Shown here: in pieces, positions 1 through 8,053 of the stretch | Layout: the number at the start of each line of letters is the position of its first letter | Position numbering within the stretch: position 1 is the first letter of the stretch | Assembly: GCA_001742785.1 (NCBI GenBank) | Contig: MCBF01000001.1 | Coordinates: 730,804 to 742,505, forward strand | Direction: 5' to 3' | DNA: 11,702 nucleotides | Origin: Candidatus Altiarchaeales archaeon IMC4 | Lineage (GTDB): Archaea; Altiarchaeota; Altiarchaeia; IMC4 | Position numbers and translations under genes: made by a program | The notes under the pieces: generated by a model | Told to the model about the DNA's origin: nothing | The model's database searches: none | The model's input: the letters and a program-made list of their open reading frames with translations, nothing else

Positions 1-285
1 GACAGGGTGATGGAGGGCTTCAAGAAGAAAAGGTTCAGGTTCCTTGTCGCAACAGACGTTGCGGCGCGGGGGCTTGACATAGATGCGGTATCTCATGTTT
101 TCAACTACGACCTTCCGAAGGACCCCGAGAATTATGTCCACCGCATAGGGCGGACAGGCAGGGCAGGAAAAAGCGGGAAGGCGATTTCATTTATCTCGCC
201 GAACGAGACCCACGACCTGTGGAATATAGAGCACTTGTGCAGGACAAGGATTGCGCAGGCTCAACTAACAAGTTTTGGCACATAA
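1..285 (+). CDS. DEAD/DEAH-box RNA helicase, C-terminal part (5' end outside window)
   Basis: Frame open from base 1. Helicase motif V ([13 protein letters not shown]) and motif VI ([12 protein letters not shown]) present; stop TAA at 283-285. No DbpA-type C-terminal extension. Confidence 0.95.
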   Translation, partial: DRVMEGFKKKRFRFLVATDVAARGLDIDAVSHVFNYDLPKDPENYVHRIGRTGRAGKSGKAISFISPNETHDLWNIEHLCRTRIAQAQLTSFGT

Positions 286-335
286 GGACACATAAGAATT
301 ATCTGGTTGCAAAACCATTTAATAAAAATAAAATA

Positions 336-345
336 AAGGAGGTGA
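336..345 (+). promoter_or_regulatory. Shine-Dalgarno site of the cold-shock protein gene
   Basis: AAGGAGGTGA ends 5 nt before ATG 351, following an A-rich tract. Confidence 0.9.
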
Positions 346-350
346 AACAA

Positions 351-545
351 ATGGCTGAAGGAACAGTAAAGTTTTTCAACGCAACGAAAAACTTCGGGTT
401 CATAAGCGGCGACGACGGAACGGACTACTTCGTGCACTCAAGCGGAGTTGAAGCAGGAGTAAGGCTCAACGAAGGAGACCATGTTACGTTCGATGTAGTC
501 GAAGGCGACCGTGGACCAAAGGCAGAAAAAGTAAAGAAGACGTAA
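351..545 (+). CDS. cspA: Cold-shock domain protein (CspA family), 64 aa
   Basis: MAEGTVKFFNATKNFGFI...DYFVHSS...GDRGPKA carries the RNP-1 (KNFGFI) and RNP-2 (YFVH) motifs. The strong SD places the start at 351, not 219. Confidence 0.96.
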   Translation: MAEGTVKFFNATKNFGFISGDDGTDYFVHSSGVEAGVRLNEGDHVTFDVVEGDRGPKAEKVKKT

Positions 546-569
546 AAAAAGAGTATTTTTAATATTCAT

Positions 570-624
570 GCCCGGCTTTTCCGGGTTCTCTTTTGTTTTT
601 ATTTTTCTTATTTTTTATTTATTT
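570..624 (+). terminator. Hairpin plus long T-rich tract; probable terminator between convergent genes
   Basis: CCCGG-CTTTT-CCGGG at 571-585, followed by about 35 nt of mostly T up to the stop of the convergent gene at 625. Confidence 0.65.
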
Positions 625-3600
625 TTAGTTGATGGTCCAGTTTACGCCGCTTGTCAGGTACACGAAATAACCCGCACCCCGATAAACATTAAAATCATTT
701 TCTGCCGAGCCGTTGTAGGTAACGAACCCGTTGTCATTTTCGTATTTTGCGACCGCCGCGCACGAAGACAAAGAAATGTTTGCGCGAAGCGTTGATGCGT
801 TATTTATTGTGGACGGAACCGACCCGACCAAATTCCAGCCCGCGCTTAGAGGGACGGTCTTGTTCTGCACCGAAAGCCCGGTTTCACTTTTGGTAATGTT
901 GTCTGCGCAGTACGCATAGTATCCGGCGCCGGGCGTAACGTCGAAGTTGAAATTTGATGCGCCCTTTATGTGCGTCTGGATTCCACCCTTGTATTTTGAT
1001 ATTACCCTGCAGCCGGTTTCATTCAGGTATTCCTGCGCAGTTTTAGTTTTGTTCACGGGCATTGACATAAGGTTCCACCCCCTGTTAAGTGTTACGTTCA
1101 CTATTTCTGCGGCGGCGAAACCTGTGAAGTGGCTTGTCGTGAATGTCAGGGTGTTATCCGTGCAGGCGATGTTCTCGCACGATGGGTCTGTCGTTCCATC
1201 ACAAACAGCCCCGCCGTTTACAATGTCCTCCATGGAGGTAAACGCGCCGGGGCGGAAGTAAACCGCTGCAGGGCAGGTTACGTTGTTCAGGGTCAGGGTT
1301 GCGCTGCCGTTGAAGGTCTGATGCAGGGCTGATGAATTAACCGAGACGAACCCTGCGCCGATTTCGACGTTGGCGTCGTAGTCCTGCCCGCCGGCGTAAA
1401 CGCTGTAGCTGGCAGGGAATTGTATCCTTCCGTTGGCGTTGGCGAGCGTCATGTTGGTTACGTTGCTCAGGTCGGAGACTGCCGAGAAGTTCGTGGTGCC
1501 GTAGGTCGTGCCGAATTCGGTTGCGTTCGGCTGGGCCGTAACGGGGCAGGAATACGTGCAGCCGGTTGTTCCGGTGTCGTTCCATCCGTCCACATTGGTG
1601 CATGTGTTATTGTCTCCTGAACTTGAAAACCAGTCGGAAGAATTGAAATCCAAATTTGTATTTCCACAGACGGTATTTGAGTTTATAGTCGAGGTTGAAT
1701 TTTGTGAGGAGATTCCAATCGCATTGGAAGTTATTGAATTATAAATCAATGTATTGTTGACAGAAATTACAAATTCTATCCCAACAGTATTTGAAATTAA
1801 TGTATTGTTGTCTACCAGATTCCCACTTGATAGCCACAAATTAATTCCATAGGTGTTGTTTTCGATAGAATTATTTTTTATAGTACTATTGGTCAAGGGG
1901 CTATATGTTAAAATTCCATGAAAATTGTTATTTATTGTATTGCTGTATAAGATGCAATCTGAGGAGGTACTGAAATAAATTCCTGCAATCAGATTATCAC
2001 TTACAATATTATCTGATAGGTTATTTCCTGAACCTTGATATAAGTACATACCATATTCATTATTATTGTCCACTGTGTTATTGGTTATTGAGTTATTGTT
2101 CGAAAAACATTCGATTCCGTTGTCGCTATTATTAGTTACAGTATTATTAATTATATAAGTCATATCACCAGATGTATAAATTCCTATATCATTATCTAAA
2201 ATAGTATTGTTTATGATTCGATTATTTGTCGAAAACGTGGCGATATATATTCCCTGACCACTATTGTTATCTACCAGATTATTTGTTATATTGTTGTTGT
2301 AACAATTAAAGTAGATAAAAACCCCGATACCGTTGTTGCTTATTGTATTGTTATTCAAAACGTTGTTGTCTGAAGATTCCATTAAACGAATTCCGTCGCC
2401 GAACTTATGGATTATACAATTTTTTATGATATTTCTATCTCTATTTTTCTGATATATTCCAAAAGAATGAATATTTTCTGTCCCATTTATAGAGTTCCCT
2501 TGGCAGTCAAAAACAATATCATTCGCCCCGAACGTTACGCAAGTCCCGTTATAATCCGAAACCGACGCATTCAGGTAAACCGTGCTGTAATCCCCGTTCA
2601 GTTTCGCAGTGCAGTCCGAGCAGTTCTGGCAGTACGCAATTCCCCGCCCAACAGTCAGGTTAAACGTTGCCGTTGAGTTTGAATTAAATCCGTCCGATGC
2701 CGAGAAACTGTAATTGTGCGCACCTGCGGAAAGTGTTGTCGCGTAGTAATAAACCACGCCTGTAGAGTAATTTGACGAAAAGGAATCCATAGGGTGTGAT
2801 GCGCCGCCTATCGTTACGTTCACGTAAGCCGGCGTGTCGTTGTCGGTGTCCGTATAGGTTGCGGTGAAGTTGAAAACGGTGCTGGTATTTCCAGCCTGCG
2901 GGGTTACGTTCCCGCCCGCCAGTGCAGGCGCATTATTTGAACTTGCCGTTGCCGAATAATTGTACGTAACATTTCCGGTTGCGTTTGCCGTGCACCTGAC
3001 GACAAGGACCGCCGAATCCGCTGCCTTGAACTTGTTTATAACGGCAGAACCCGCCGAATTCACCAACTGCATGCCCTGCACCGAAACCGCCGAGCCGTTG
3101 TAGTGTATCACCGAAACGCTGAAGTTGCTCGAATCCCCGGCGAACGTTACGTTAAGCGGCCCGTTGTTCCCATTTGCAAATCTAACGTAGTCCGCGCCCC
3201 AGACCTCAAGCCACGATGAGCCGCTTGCAGGATATGATGTCTTGTTGGCGCGAGGTTTTACCGAAACATTGATTGCGCTATATCCGTAAAACGGATTTAC
3301 CGAGGTGTTGTCTATGTAGTTCGCAAGCGTCCAGTTATGGAAAACCTGACTGAAATTCGTGCTATGGTTGGCGAGGACATCGTTTATCCCGGCGATTCCT
3401 GTTTTGTTGTTCTGCAGTATATCACGTATCGTATTATTCCCGCCGTAGTGTTCGGATAAATAAAGTGTCCAGAGGTATGATTCTCCGTAATGCGACGCCT
3501 GATTATCCCAATTTGTAAGGCTACGATACGGCCTGTCCTCAAACTCACCTACCCAACTGGAATGCCCGTAACCGAGTATGGCGGGCGCATATTCAGAAAA

Positions 3601-4398
3601 ACCCTCATCGACCCATGTGTCTTCTTTGCTATCGTATCTAAACTGGATCATGTGGTTGAATTCATGGGCCATCGTATGGTAACTTTTGTTGATGCCGCCA
3701 ATCCACATTGCATTCGAATGGTTTGTGTCAGGTGTCTGGTTATATCCGCTATCATAACCGCTACCTGTTTCTATCAAGGGGTAGGTATCAATATATATAA
3801 TCTTTCGTTCATTACTGGAGGCACCTGTACAAGTTCCATTTAGATACATATCGCACCCGAAGAAATAACCCGCCGTACCGGAGGAATTAGGAGGGAATCT
3901 ATTGTTTGCATAGTCGCTTTCGATGTCCAGCAGGAGTATTGTTAAGTGCGTGTCGTTGTCGGGACCAGCATAAGACTCGTTTCCAAATGTGTTTCTCTCT
4001 TTTGTGTATATAATCAAAAATTCATTCAGTATTTGGTTTACATCTTGTTGTGTTATGTAGCCGGATGAACCATTCCACCACACGGCGTTTCCGACTGGGT
4101 CAAGCATCTGGACATAGACATATATTTCATTTGTTTTGTTCGATAGCGTCGCATTGATTTGTCTCCAGCCATTCCAAGTACCCCTACTTTCTTCAACCCA
4201 GAATTCCGTAACGTTTCCGATCTCCTGCGCAGCGGCGGTATATGCGGCGCTTGGCGCGTATCCGCCCCCCGAAATATTCAATCCGTACTTGTCTTTCATG
4301 TACGGCGTCTTGTCCACCTGCTTGATTTCTCCTGCAGATGCGCTGGTCACAAGCAATGCCACGACCGCGGCAACAAACAACCTGACAACAAATTTCAT
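625..4398 (-). CDS. Large secreted multidomain protein: gluzincin-type Zn metalloprotease (M30/immune-inhibitor-like), Ig-like domain, right-handed parallel beta-helix (NosD/PbH1-like) repeats and tandem C-terminal GWNL domains
   Basis: Signal peptide MKFVVRLFVAAVVALLVTSASA (ATG 4398; alternative starts at 4407 and 4425). HEFNH at 3652-3666 is followed by WVDEGFSEY. Repeated N-N-x-I-x-N-N..G-I coils occupy ~1600-2520. Two GWNL..GAGY repeats at the C-terminus; many N-x-S/T sequons. Confidence 0.85.
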   Translation of the reverse strand: MKFVVRLFVAAVVALLVTSASAGEIKQVDKTPYMKDKYGLNISGGGYAPSAAYTAAAQEIGNVTEFWVEESRGTWNGWRQINATLSNKTNEIYVYVQMLDPVGNAVWWNGSSGYITQQDVNQILNEFLIIYTKERNTFGNESYAGPDNDTHLTILLLDIESDYANNRFPPNSSGTAGYFFGCDMYLNGTCTGASSNERKIIYIDTYPLIETGSGYDSGYNQTPDTNHSNAMWIGGINKSYHTMAHEFNHMIQFRYDSKEDTWVDEGFSEYAPAILGYGHSSWVGEFEDRPYRSLTNWDNQASHYGESYLWTLYLSEHYGGNNTIRDILQNNKTGIAGINDVLANHSTNFSQVFHNWTLANYIDNTSVNPFYGYSAINVSVKPRANKTSYPASGSSWLEVWGADYVRFANGNNGPLNVTFAGDSSNFSVSVIHYNGSAVSVQGMQLVNSAGSAVINKFKAADSAVLVVRCTANATGNVTYNYSATASSNNAPALAGGNVTPQAGNTSTVFNFTATYTDTDNDTPAYVNVTIGGASHPMDSFSSNYSTGVVYYYATTLSAGAHNYSFSASDGFNSNSTATFNLTVGRGIAYCQNCSDCTAKLNGDYSTVYLNASVSDYNGTCVTFGANDIVFDCQGNSINGTENIHSFGIYQKNRDRNIIKNCIIHKFGDGIRLMESSDNNVLNNNTISNNGIGVFIYFNCYNNNITNNLVDNNSGQGIYIATFSTNNRIINNTILDNDIGIYTSGDMTYIINNTVTNNSDNGIECFSNNNSITNNTVDNNNEYGMYLYQGSGNNLSDNIVSDNLIAGIYFSTSSDCILYSNTINNNFHGILTYSPLTNSTIKNNSIENNTYGINLWLSSGNLVDNNTLISNTVGIEFVISVNNTLIYNSITSNAIGISSQNSTSTINSNTVCGNTNLDFNSSDWFSSSGDNNTCTNVDGWNDTGTTGCTYSCPVTAQPNATEFGTTYGTTNFSAVSDLSNVTNMTLANANGRIQFPASYSVYAGGQDYDANVEIGAGFVSVNSSALHQTFNGSATLTLNNVTCPAAVYFRPGAFTSMEDIVNGGAVCDGTTDPSCENIACTDNTLTFTTSHFTGFAAAEIVNVTLNRGWNLMSMPVNKTKTAQEYLNETGCRVISKYKGGIQTHIKGASNFNFDVTPGAGYYAYCADNITKSETGLSVQNKTVPLSAGWNLVGSVPSTINNASTLRANISLSSCAAVAKYENDNGFVTYNGSAENDFNVYRGAGYFVYLTSGVNWTIN

Positions 4399-4440
4399 CT
4401 TGAACATATATTTGAATAGATACATAAGTAAATATGTTCA
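4399..4440. promoter_or_regulatory. Very short AT-rich divergent promoter region with a 9-bp inverted repeat
   Basis: Only 35 bp between ATG 4398 (-) and ATG 4434 (+). TGAACATAT (4401-4409) and ATATGTTCA (4432-4440) are reverse complements. No SD on either side. Confidence 0.5.
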
Positions 4441-6278
4441 GGAAACTCGCAGTTCTTTTTTTGGCGGCGGCATTTCTGATACCCGTGAGCGCGTCCGTGG
4501 AAAAAGAGTGGGACGTGCCGATAACAAAAATGAGCGGCTTTATCGTTTCCAGTACAGGTGACGCCTTGATAGCGTCCTCTTTTGGGGATTCGGTCTACTA
4601 TATAAATTCAACCGGCGACGTCCTCTGGAAAAAGGATTTTGACGGCGGGCTTCTTGCGGTGCACGCAGCCGAAATAAACAGGGACGGACACGATGAAGTC
4701 ATTGCAAGTTATGGAGATACAAGGTCTGGTGGCTCAACGGCCGGAAGCAGGGGGTTCCTTGCGGCGTTCGATTACAACAAGGGCGGGCAGCTTTGGGGGT
4801 TTCCGGACATCAAGATAACTACGGGATCCACAACCGTGGTCGGGTGCATAACCTCCGGAGACACGAACCTTGACGGCCGCCCCGAAATAATTACCGGTTC
4901 CGAAAAGAGCATAACCCGGTTCGACCGGCTTGGAAAACAGGAGTGGTCATTTTATGCAGGCGAGAGGATAGACAACGTTTTCCTTGCGGACGTTGACGGG
5001 GACGGCTATAAAGATGCGGTCGGGAGTTCTGGAAAAGGCATATACGTTGTAAACAACACCGGTAACTTGGCTGCAGAAATATCATTCAAAAACGGGATAA
5101 AATCGATTTTTGTAACCGACAATGCACTTGCAGTATCAACCTATGATAACCACATATATATGTTAAAGTTCCCAATTGATTTCTCTAGTGCGAATACGAG
5201 TGTTATCCAGAAAAACGGAGATAATTTTACCGTCTTTATGATAGAGGATCTGGCCGCCCGCGCATGTTGGGACTACGAGTCGTCTGATGGCATAGAAGAT
5301 GTCATGATGATGAACTTCAAAGATGGCGGATCGGAAGGAGTGGCGGCAGTTACCGAAAAAGGAACCTTTTTAATAGATAAGACAGGAGAGGTTATGTGGA
5401 GCATCGGCGTCGGCGGCAAAAAACTAACCTCTGCAAACCTTTACAATGACGGGAAAAAATACGTCGTTGCGGCGGATTCAAAAGGCTTTTTCGCGGTTGA
5501 TGAAAACGGGGTGCTTGCGTGGAAATATGACATGGGCGGCATAACAGGGATAAAGGCGTCCGATACGGATTCCGACGGGCGTGACGAATTGGTCGTCGGC
5601 ACGGGTGCAGGCATTACGCTATTTGATGTAAACGAAAGTTATATAAAAAAGAGCCATGCGGCAGGTTACCTTAAGTTGGCTGAAAAATACCTGGAAGAAA
5701 AAGATTACGCGAACGCGAAGGAGAACGCCCGAAATGCAAAAGACATTTACACGGAACTCAACGACACTGCCGGAAGGCGCTCTGTGGATTACATCGTATC
5801 TCAGATTGATGAGCGGATAAAGGCCGAAAAGGCAAGCGCGGCAAGCAAGAACCATGAAACCGCGCAGACCTATTATGACCTCGGGAATTACGAAACTGCC
5901 TTAAAATATGCAGATATTGCAAAGGCGATATATATGGAAATAAACGACTCCGAAGGCATCACTAAGTGCGATGATTTTATAAGGCGTGTTCAGGAAGAGG
6001 CCAACAGGACCCAAACACCACAACAACCCTCGGGAGGAACATTTATTGCAGAGGAAGAACATGGCCTACCCACAGCGGAAATAATCACGATACTGGTTGT
6101 TGTGCTTGCACTCATATATCTGCTGAAAGGCGGAAGGGAAAAACCAAAAGAACCTGCCCCTCAGGAAGATGAATCTGACATTGACGAGGATTATATTGAC
6201 GAGATACTTGGCAGCGACAAGAAAAATTCACCTTGTGAATTTTTGTGTCCTATTATAAAGTATTCCTATACTTTATAA
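4434..6278 (+). CDS. Membrane-anchored surface protein with FG-GAP/PQQ-like beta-propeller, TPR-like helical region, C-terminal TM helix and acidic tail
   Basis: Signal peptide. Ca-binding-type DxDxDG motifs (GDTNLDGRPEII, ADVDGDGYKDAV, SDTDSDGRDELVVG). Two TPR-like segments (AEKYLEEKDYANAKENA, AQTYYDLGNYETALKYA). TM helix IITILVVVLALIYLL. Confidence 0.85.
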   Translation: MFRKLAVLFLAAAFLIPVSASVEKEWDVPITKMSGFIVSSTGDALIASSFGDSVYYINSTGDVLWKKDFDGGLLAVHAAEINRDGHDEVIASYGDTRSGGSTAGSRGFLAAFDYNKGGQLWGFPDIKITTGSTTVVGCITSGDTNLDGRPEIITGSEKSITRFDRLGKQEWSFYAGERIDNVFLADVDGDGYKDAVGSSGKGIYVVNNTGNLAAEISFKNGIKSIFVTDNALAVSTYDNHIYMLKFPIDFSSANTSVIQKNGDNFTVFMIEDLAARACWDYESSDGIEDVMMMNFKDGGSEGVAAVTEKGTFLIDKTGEVMWSIGVGGKKLTSANLYNDGKKYVVAADSKGFFAVDENGVLAWKYDMGGITGIKASDTDSDGRDELVVGTGAGITLFDVNESYIKKSHAAGYLKLAEKYLEEKDYANAKENARNAKDIYTELNDTAGRRSVDYIVSQIDERIKAEKASAASKNHETAQTYYDLGNYETALKYADIAKAIYMEINDSEGITKCDDFIRRVQEEANRTQTPQQPSGGTFIAEEEHGLPTAEIITILVVVLALIYLLKGGREKPKEPAPQEDESDIDEDYIDEILGSDKKNSPCEFLCPIIKYSYTL

Positions 6279-6284
6279 TACGGA
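6216..6284 (+). repeat. Double-hairpin palindromic module (element 3)
   Basis: Perfect 10-bp IR AAAAATTCAC/GTGAATTTTT (6222-6244) and perfect 13-bp IR TATTATAAAGTAT/ATACTTTATAATA (6251-6280), framed by GACA, TGTCC and CGGA. Confidence 0.8.
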
Positions 6285-6289
6285 TCAAA

Positions 6290-7735
6290 ATGACCTTAAA
6301 TAGGGCGCTTGTGTATTTGTTGTTATCTGCATTTCTACTACAAGGTCTTGCGATTGGAGGCTCCGGGCAGATGCAGGGTCAGACCAGTACGTATTCAAAG
6401 CATGACTTTTCGTTTGAGTACCCGACAAACACGGAAATTTACGAAAACGGGCTGCTTGGTGACCTCCCAGATGTGAATTCAGGGGTAATCACAGGGTTAT
6501 ACACAAGCGAGGACAGCCACAGCATAATCATAAGTTGGATCGTTTCTGACCCGCCGGCGGATAACAACGCTCAAGACGACTTGTTAACTGGTGGAATAAA
6601 GACCGGGTTGGGATTGTTGAACCCACTCCTAGAAAATGCTGATTCGCTTGTCGAGAAAGATAGCGGCGAGGCGTCGGTTGAGGGACATAAACTGTTGTAC
6701 CGCGAATATGAAATTGTTTCCGCTGGCGGGGCGCTTTATGGCGTTATAGGCTCATGGTACTGCAACGAAACCCGGAGGTTGTTTACCCTTAACGTTATCT
6801 ATGGCAAAGAAAGCGCTGTTTTATTGCTTGAGCAGTATCTGAACACGTTTGTCTGCCACAGTAAGAAAGAACTTTTCGAGTACGTTTATTGGGGAGGCGA
6901 TGAGATATACGTCCGCAAATACAGTTCGCAGACCGAAATATACGAAGGGGATAGGATCAACGTCAGCATAATCCTGAGAAACACCGGCACGTTGGAAATT
7001 TCTGACATAAACATTGCCAACCATGACCAGGACCTGAACGGTTTCTATGCGCAATCGCCGACGACTATGGAACTTTCGGTTTTGGAACCTGGGCAAGCAA
7101 AAGAATTTGAATGCCATCTGGTGGCGTCGCAAGGCCCAAAATCCCCGGTTAATCTGGCCCTCAAGCCGGCAACAGTCGAGTACACGTATGCAGGTGAGAG
7201 GATGTTCGTATACTCGAACCCCGTCGCCATAATACTCAATCCCCCGAAGCCGCCCGAACCGAGGGTCGTAATTACAAAAAGGTTATCAAATGCGTCGGTC
7301 GGGCAATACGAAAACCTGAAGGTTACAATCACTGCCGAAAACAAAGGGCAGAAATACGCACTTGACGTGAATATCTCGGACCACGTTCCGCAAGGTTTCG
7401 TGGTAACTGGCAACGCATCTGTTTTCTATCCACAGATAAAGCCCGGCGGCTTTGTCTACTACGAATATATGATAAACGCTTCAATGGCAGGGGATTTCAT
7501 ATCGAATGCAAAGGTTAGTTACAAGGACTCTTCTGACTCCACTTATGATGGGGCATCTAATTACGTTTCTTTCACGGTGAAACCAGCAAAAACGCAAAAA
7601 CCAGAATCCGCGATACTGGGTGTTGAAACACAAAATTTGGAGAAATCAGTCTCTGGGAAAGAACCCCTTGTGGTTGTCGGGATAATTATCGTATTCTTTG
7701 TGCTGATGCTCGCTTTTTATCTTGTAAAGAGGTAA
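6290..7735 (+). CDS. Membrane-anchored surface protein: PsbP/DcrB-like N-terminal domain, two DUF11/BatD-like Ig domains, C-terminal TM helix
   Basis: ATG 6290 gives a signal peptide (MTLNRALVYLLLSAFLLQGLA). FSFEYP motif; two segments of the type K..S...GD.I.V.I...N.G.....I.I.D. C-terminal hydrophobic helix followed by KR. Confidence 0.8.
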   Translation: MTLNRALVYLLLSAFLLQGLAIGGSGQMQGQTSTYSKHDFSFEYPTNTEIYENGLLGDLPDVNSGVITGLYTSEDSHSIIISWIVSDPPADNNAQDDLLTGGIKTGLGLLNPLLENADSLVEKDSGEASVEGHKLLYREYEIVSAGGALYGVIGSWYCNETRRLFTLNVIYGKESAVLLLEQYLNTFVCHSKKELFEYVYWGGDEIYVRKYSSQTEIYEGDRINVSIILRNTGTLEISDINIANHDQDLNGFYAQSPTTMELSVLEPGQAKEFECHLVASQGPKSPVNLALKPATVEYTYAGERMFVYSNPVAIILNPPKPPEPRVVITKRLSNASVGQYENLKVTITAENKGQKYALDVNISDHVPQGFVVTGNASVFYPQIKPGGFVYYEYMINASMAGDFISNAKVSYKDSSDSTYDGASNYVSFTVKPAKTQKPESAILGVETQNLEKSVSGKEPLVVVGIIIVFFVLMLAFYLVKR

Positions 7736-7739
7736 CTGG

Positions 7740-7829
7740 TTAATCCTTCTCCAGATGAATAGTCCTAGTCGGAAACGGTATCCCGATTCCCTCCTTCTTG
7801 AACCTGTCGTTTATCTTTGTATTCAACTC
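7740..7829 (-). repeat. Distal, untranslated copy of the last 29 codons plus stop of mscS (direct repeat of 8054-8143)
   Basis: 88/90 identical to 8054-8143 at offset 314; differences at 7741/8055 and 7758/8072. An in-frame TAA (7838-7836) lies just upstream on the minus strand. Confidence 0.97.
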
Positions 7830-8053
7830 AACCGGTTACGCTCGGCTCCGCGTGAATTGGAAATTCACGGGACAAGCGAAACACATCGGTGTTTCGATGT
7901 CCAGAAACTGCGTTACAGTTTCGCGGAACCGTAAATGCTTTCGCATAAGCATTTCGCCTTTCAGCGAAATGGTACACCGTTTTGCTGTTCGCAAAACGCG
8001 TGTTTACGCGTTGACGCGCAACGGCGGATTTCGCTCCGCTCAATCCACCAGAA
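7830..8053 (-). mobile_element. Non-coding 224-bp hairpin-chain insertion between the 90-bp direct repeats (element 1)
   Basis: Hairpins at 7830-7847, 7851-7869, 7877-7896, 7904-7922, 7933-7954, 7950-7971, 7978-7998, 7995-8012, 8009-8023 and 8023-8049. Mobility is inferred, not shown. Confidence 0.7.

Noticed and set aside
219..350. N-terminal extension of the Csp ORF (108 aa from 219)
   Set aside because: It overlaps the helicase, and the perfect SD plus typical family length place the start at 351.
6180..6203. ATTGACGAG repeated twice near the end of the FG-GAP gene
   Set aside because: It is explained by the IDEDYIDE acidic tail and does not flank the hairpin module.
6245..6289. Upstream start at 6245 for the Ig-domain protein
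   Set aside because: It lies within the hairpin module and overlaps the previous gene; ATG 6290 gives a proper signal peptide.
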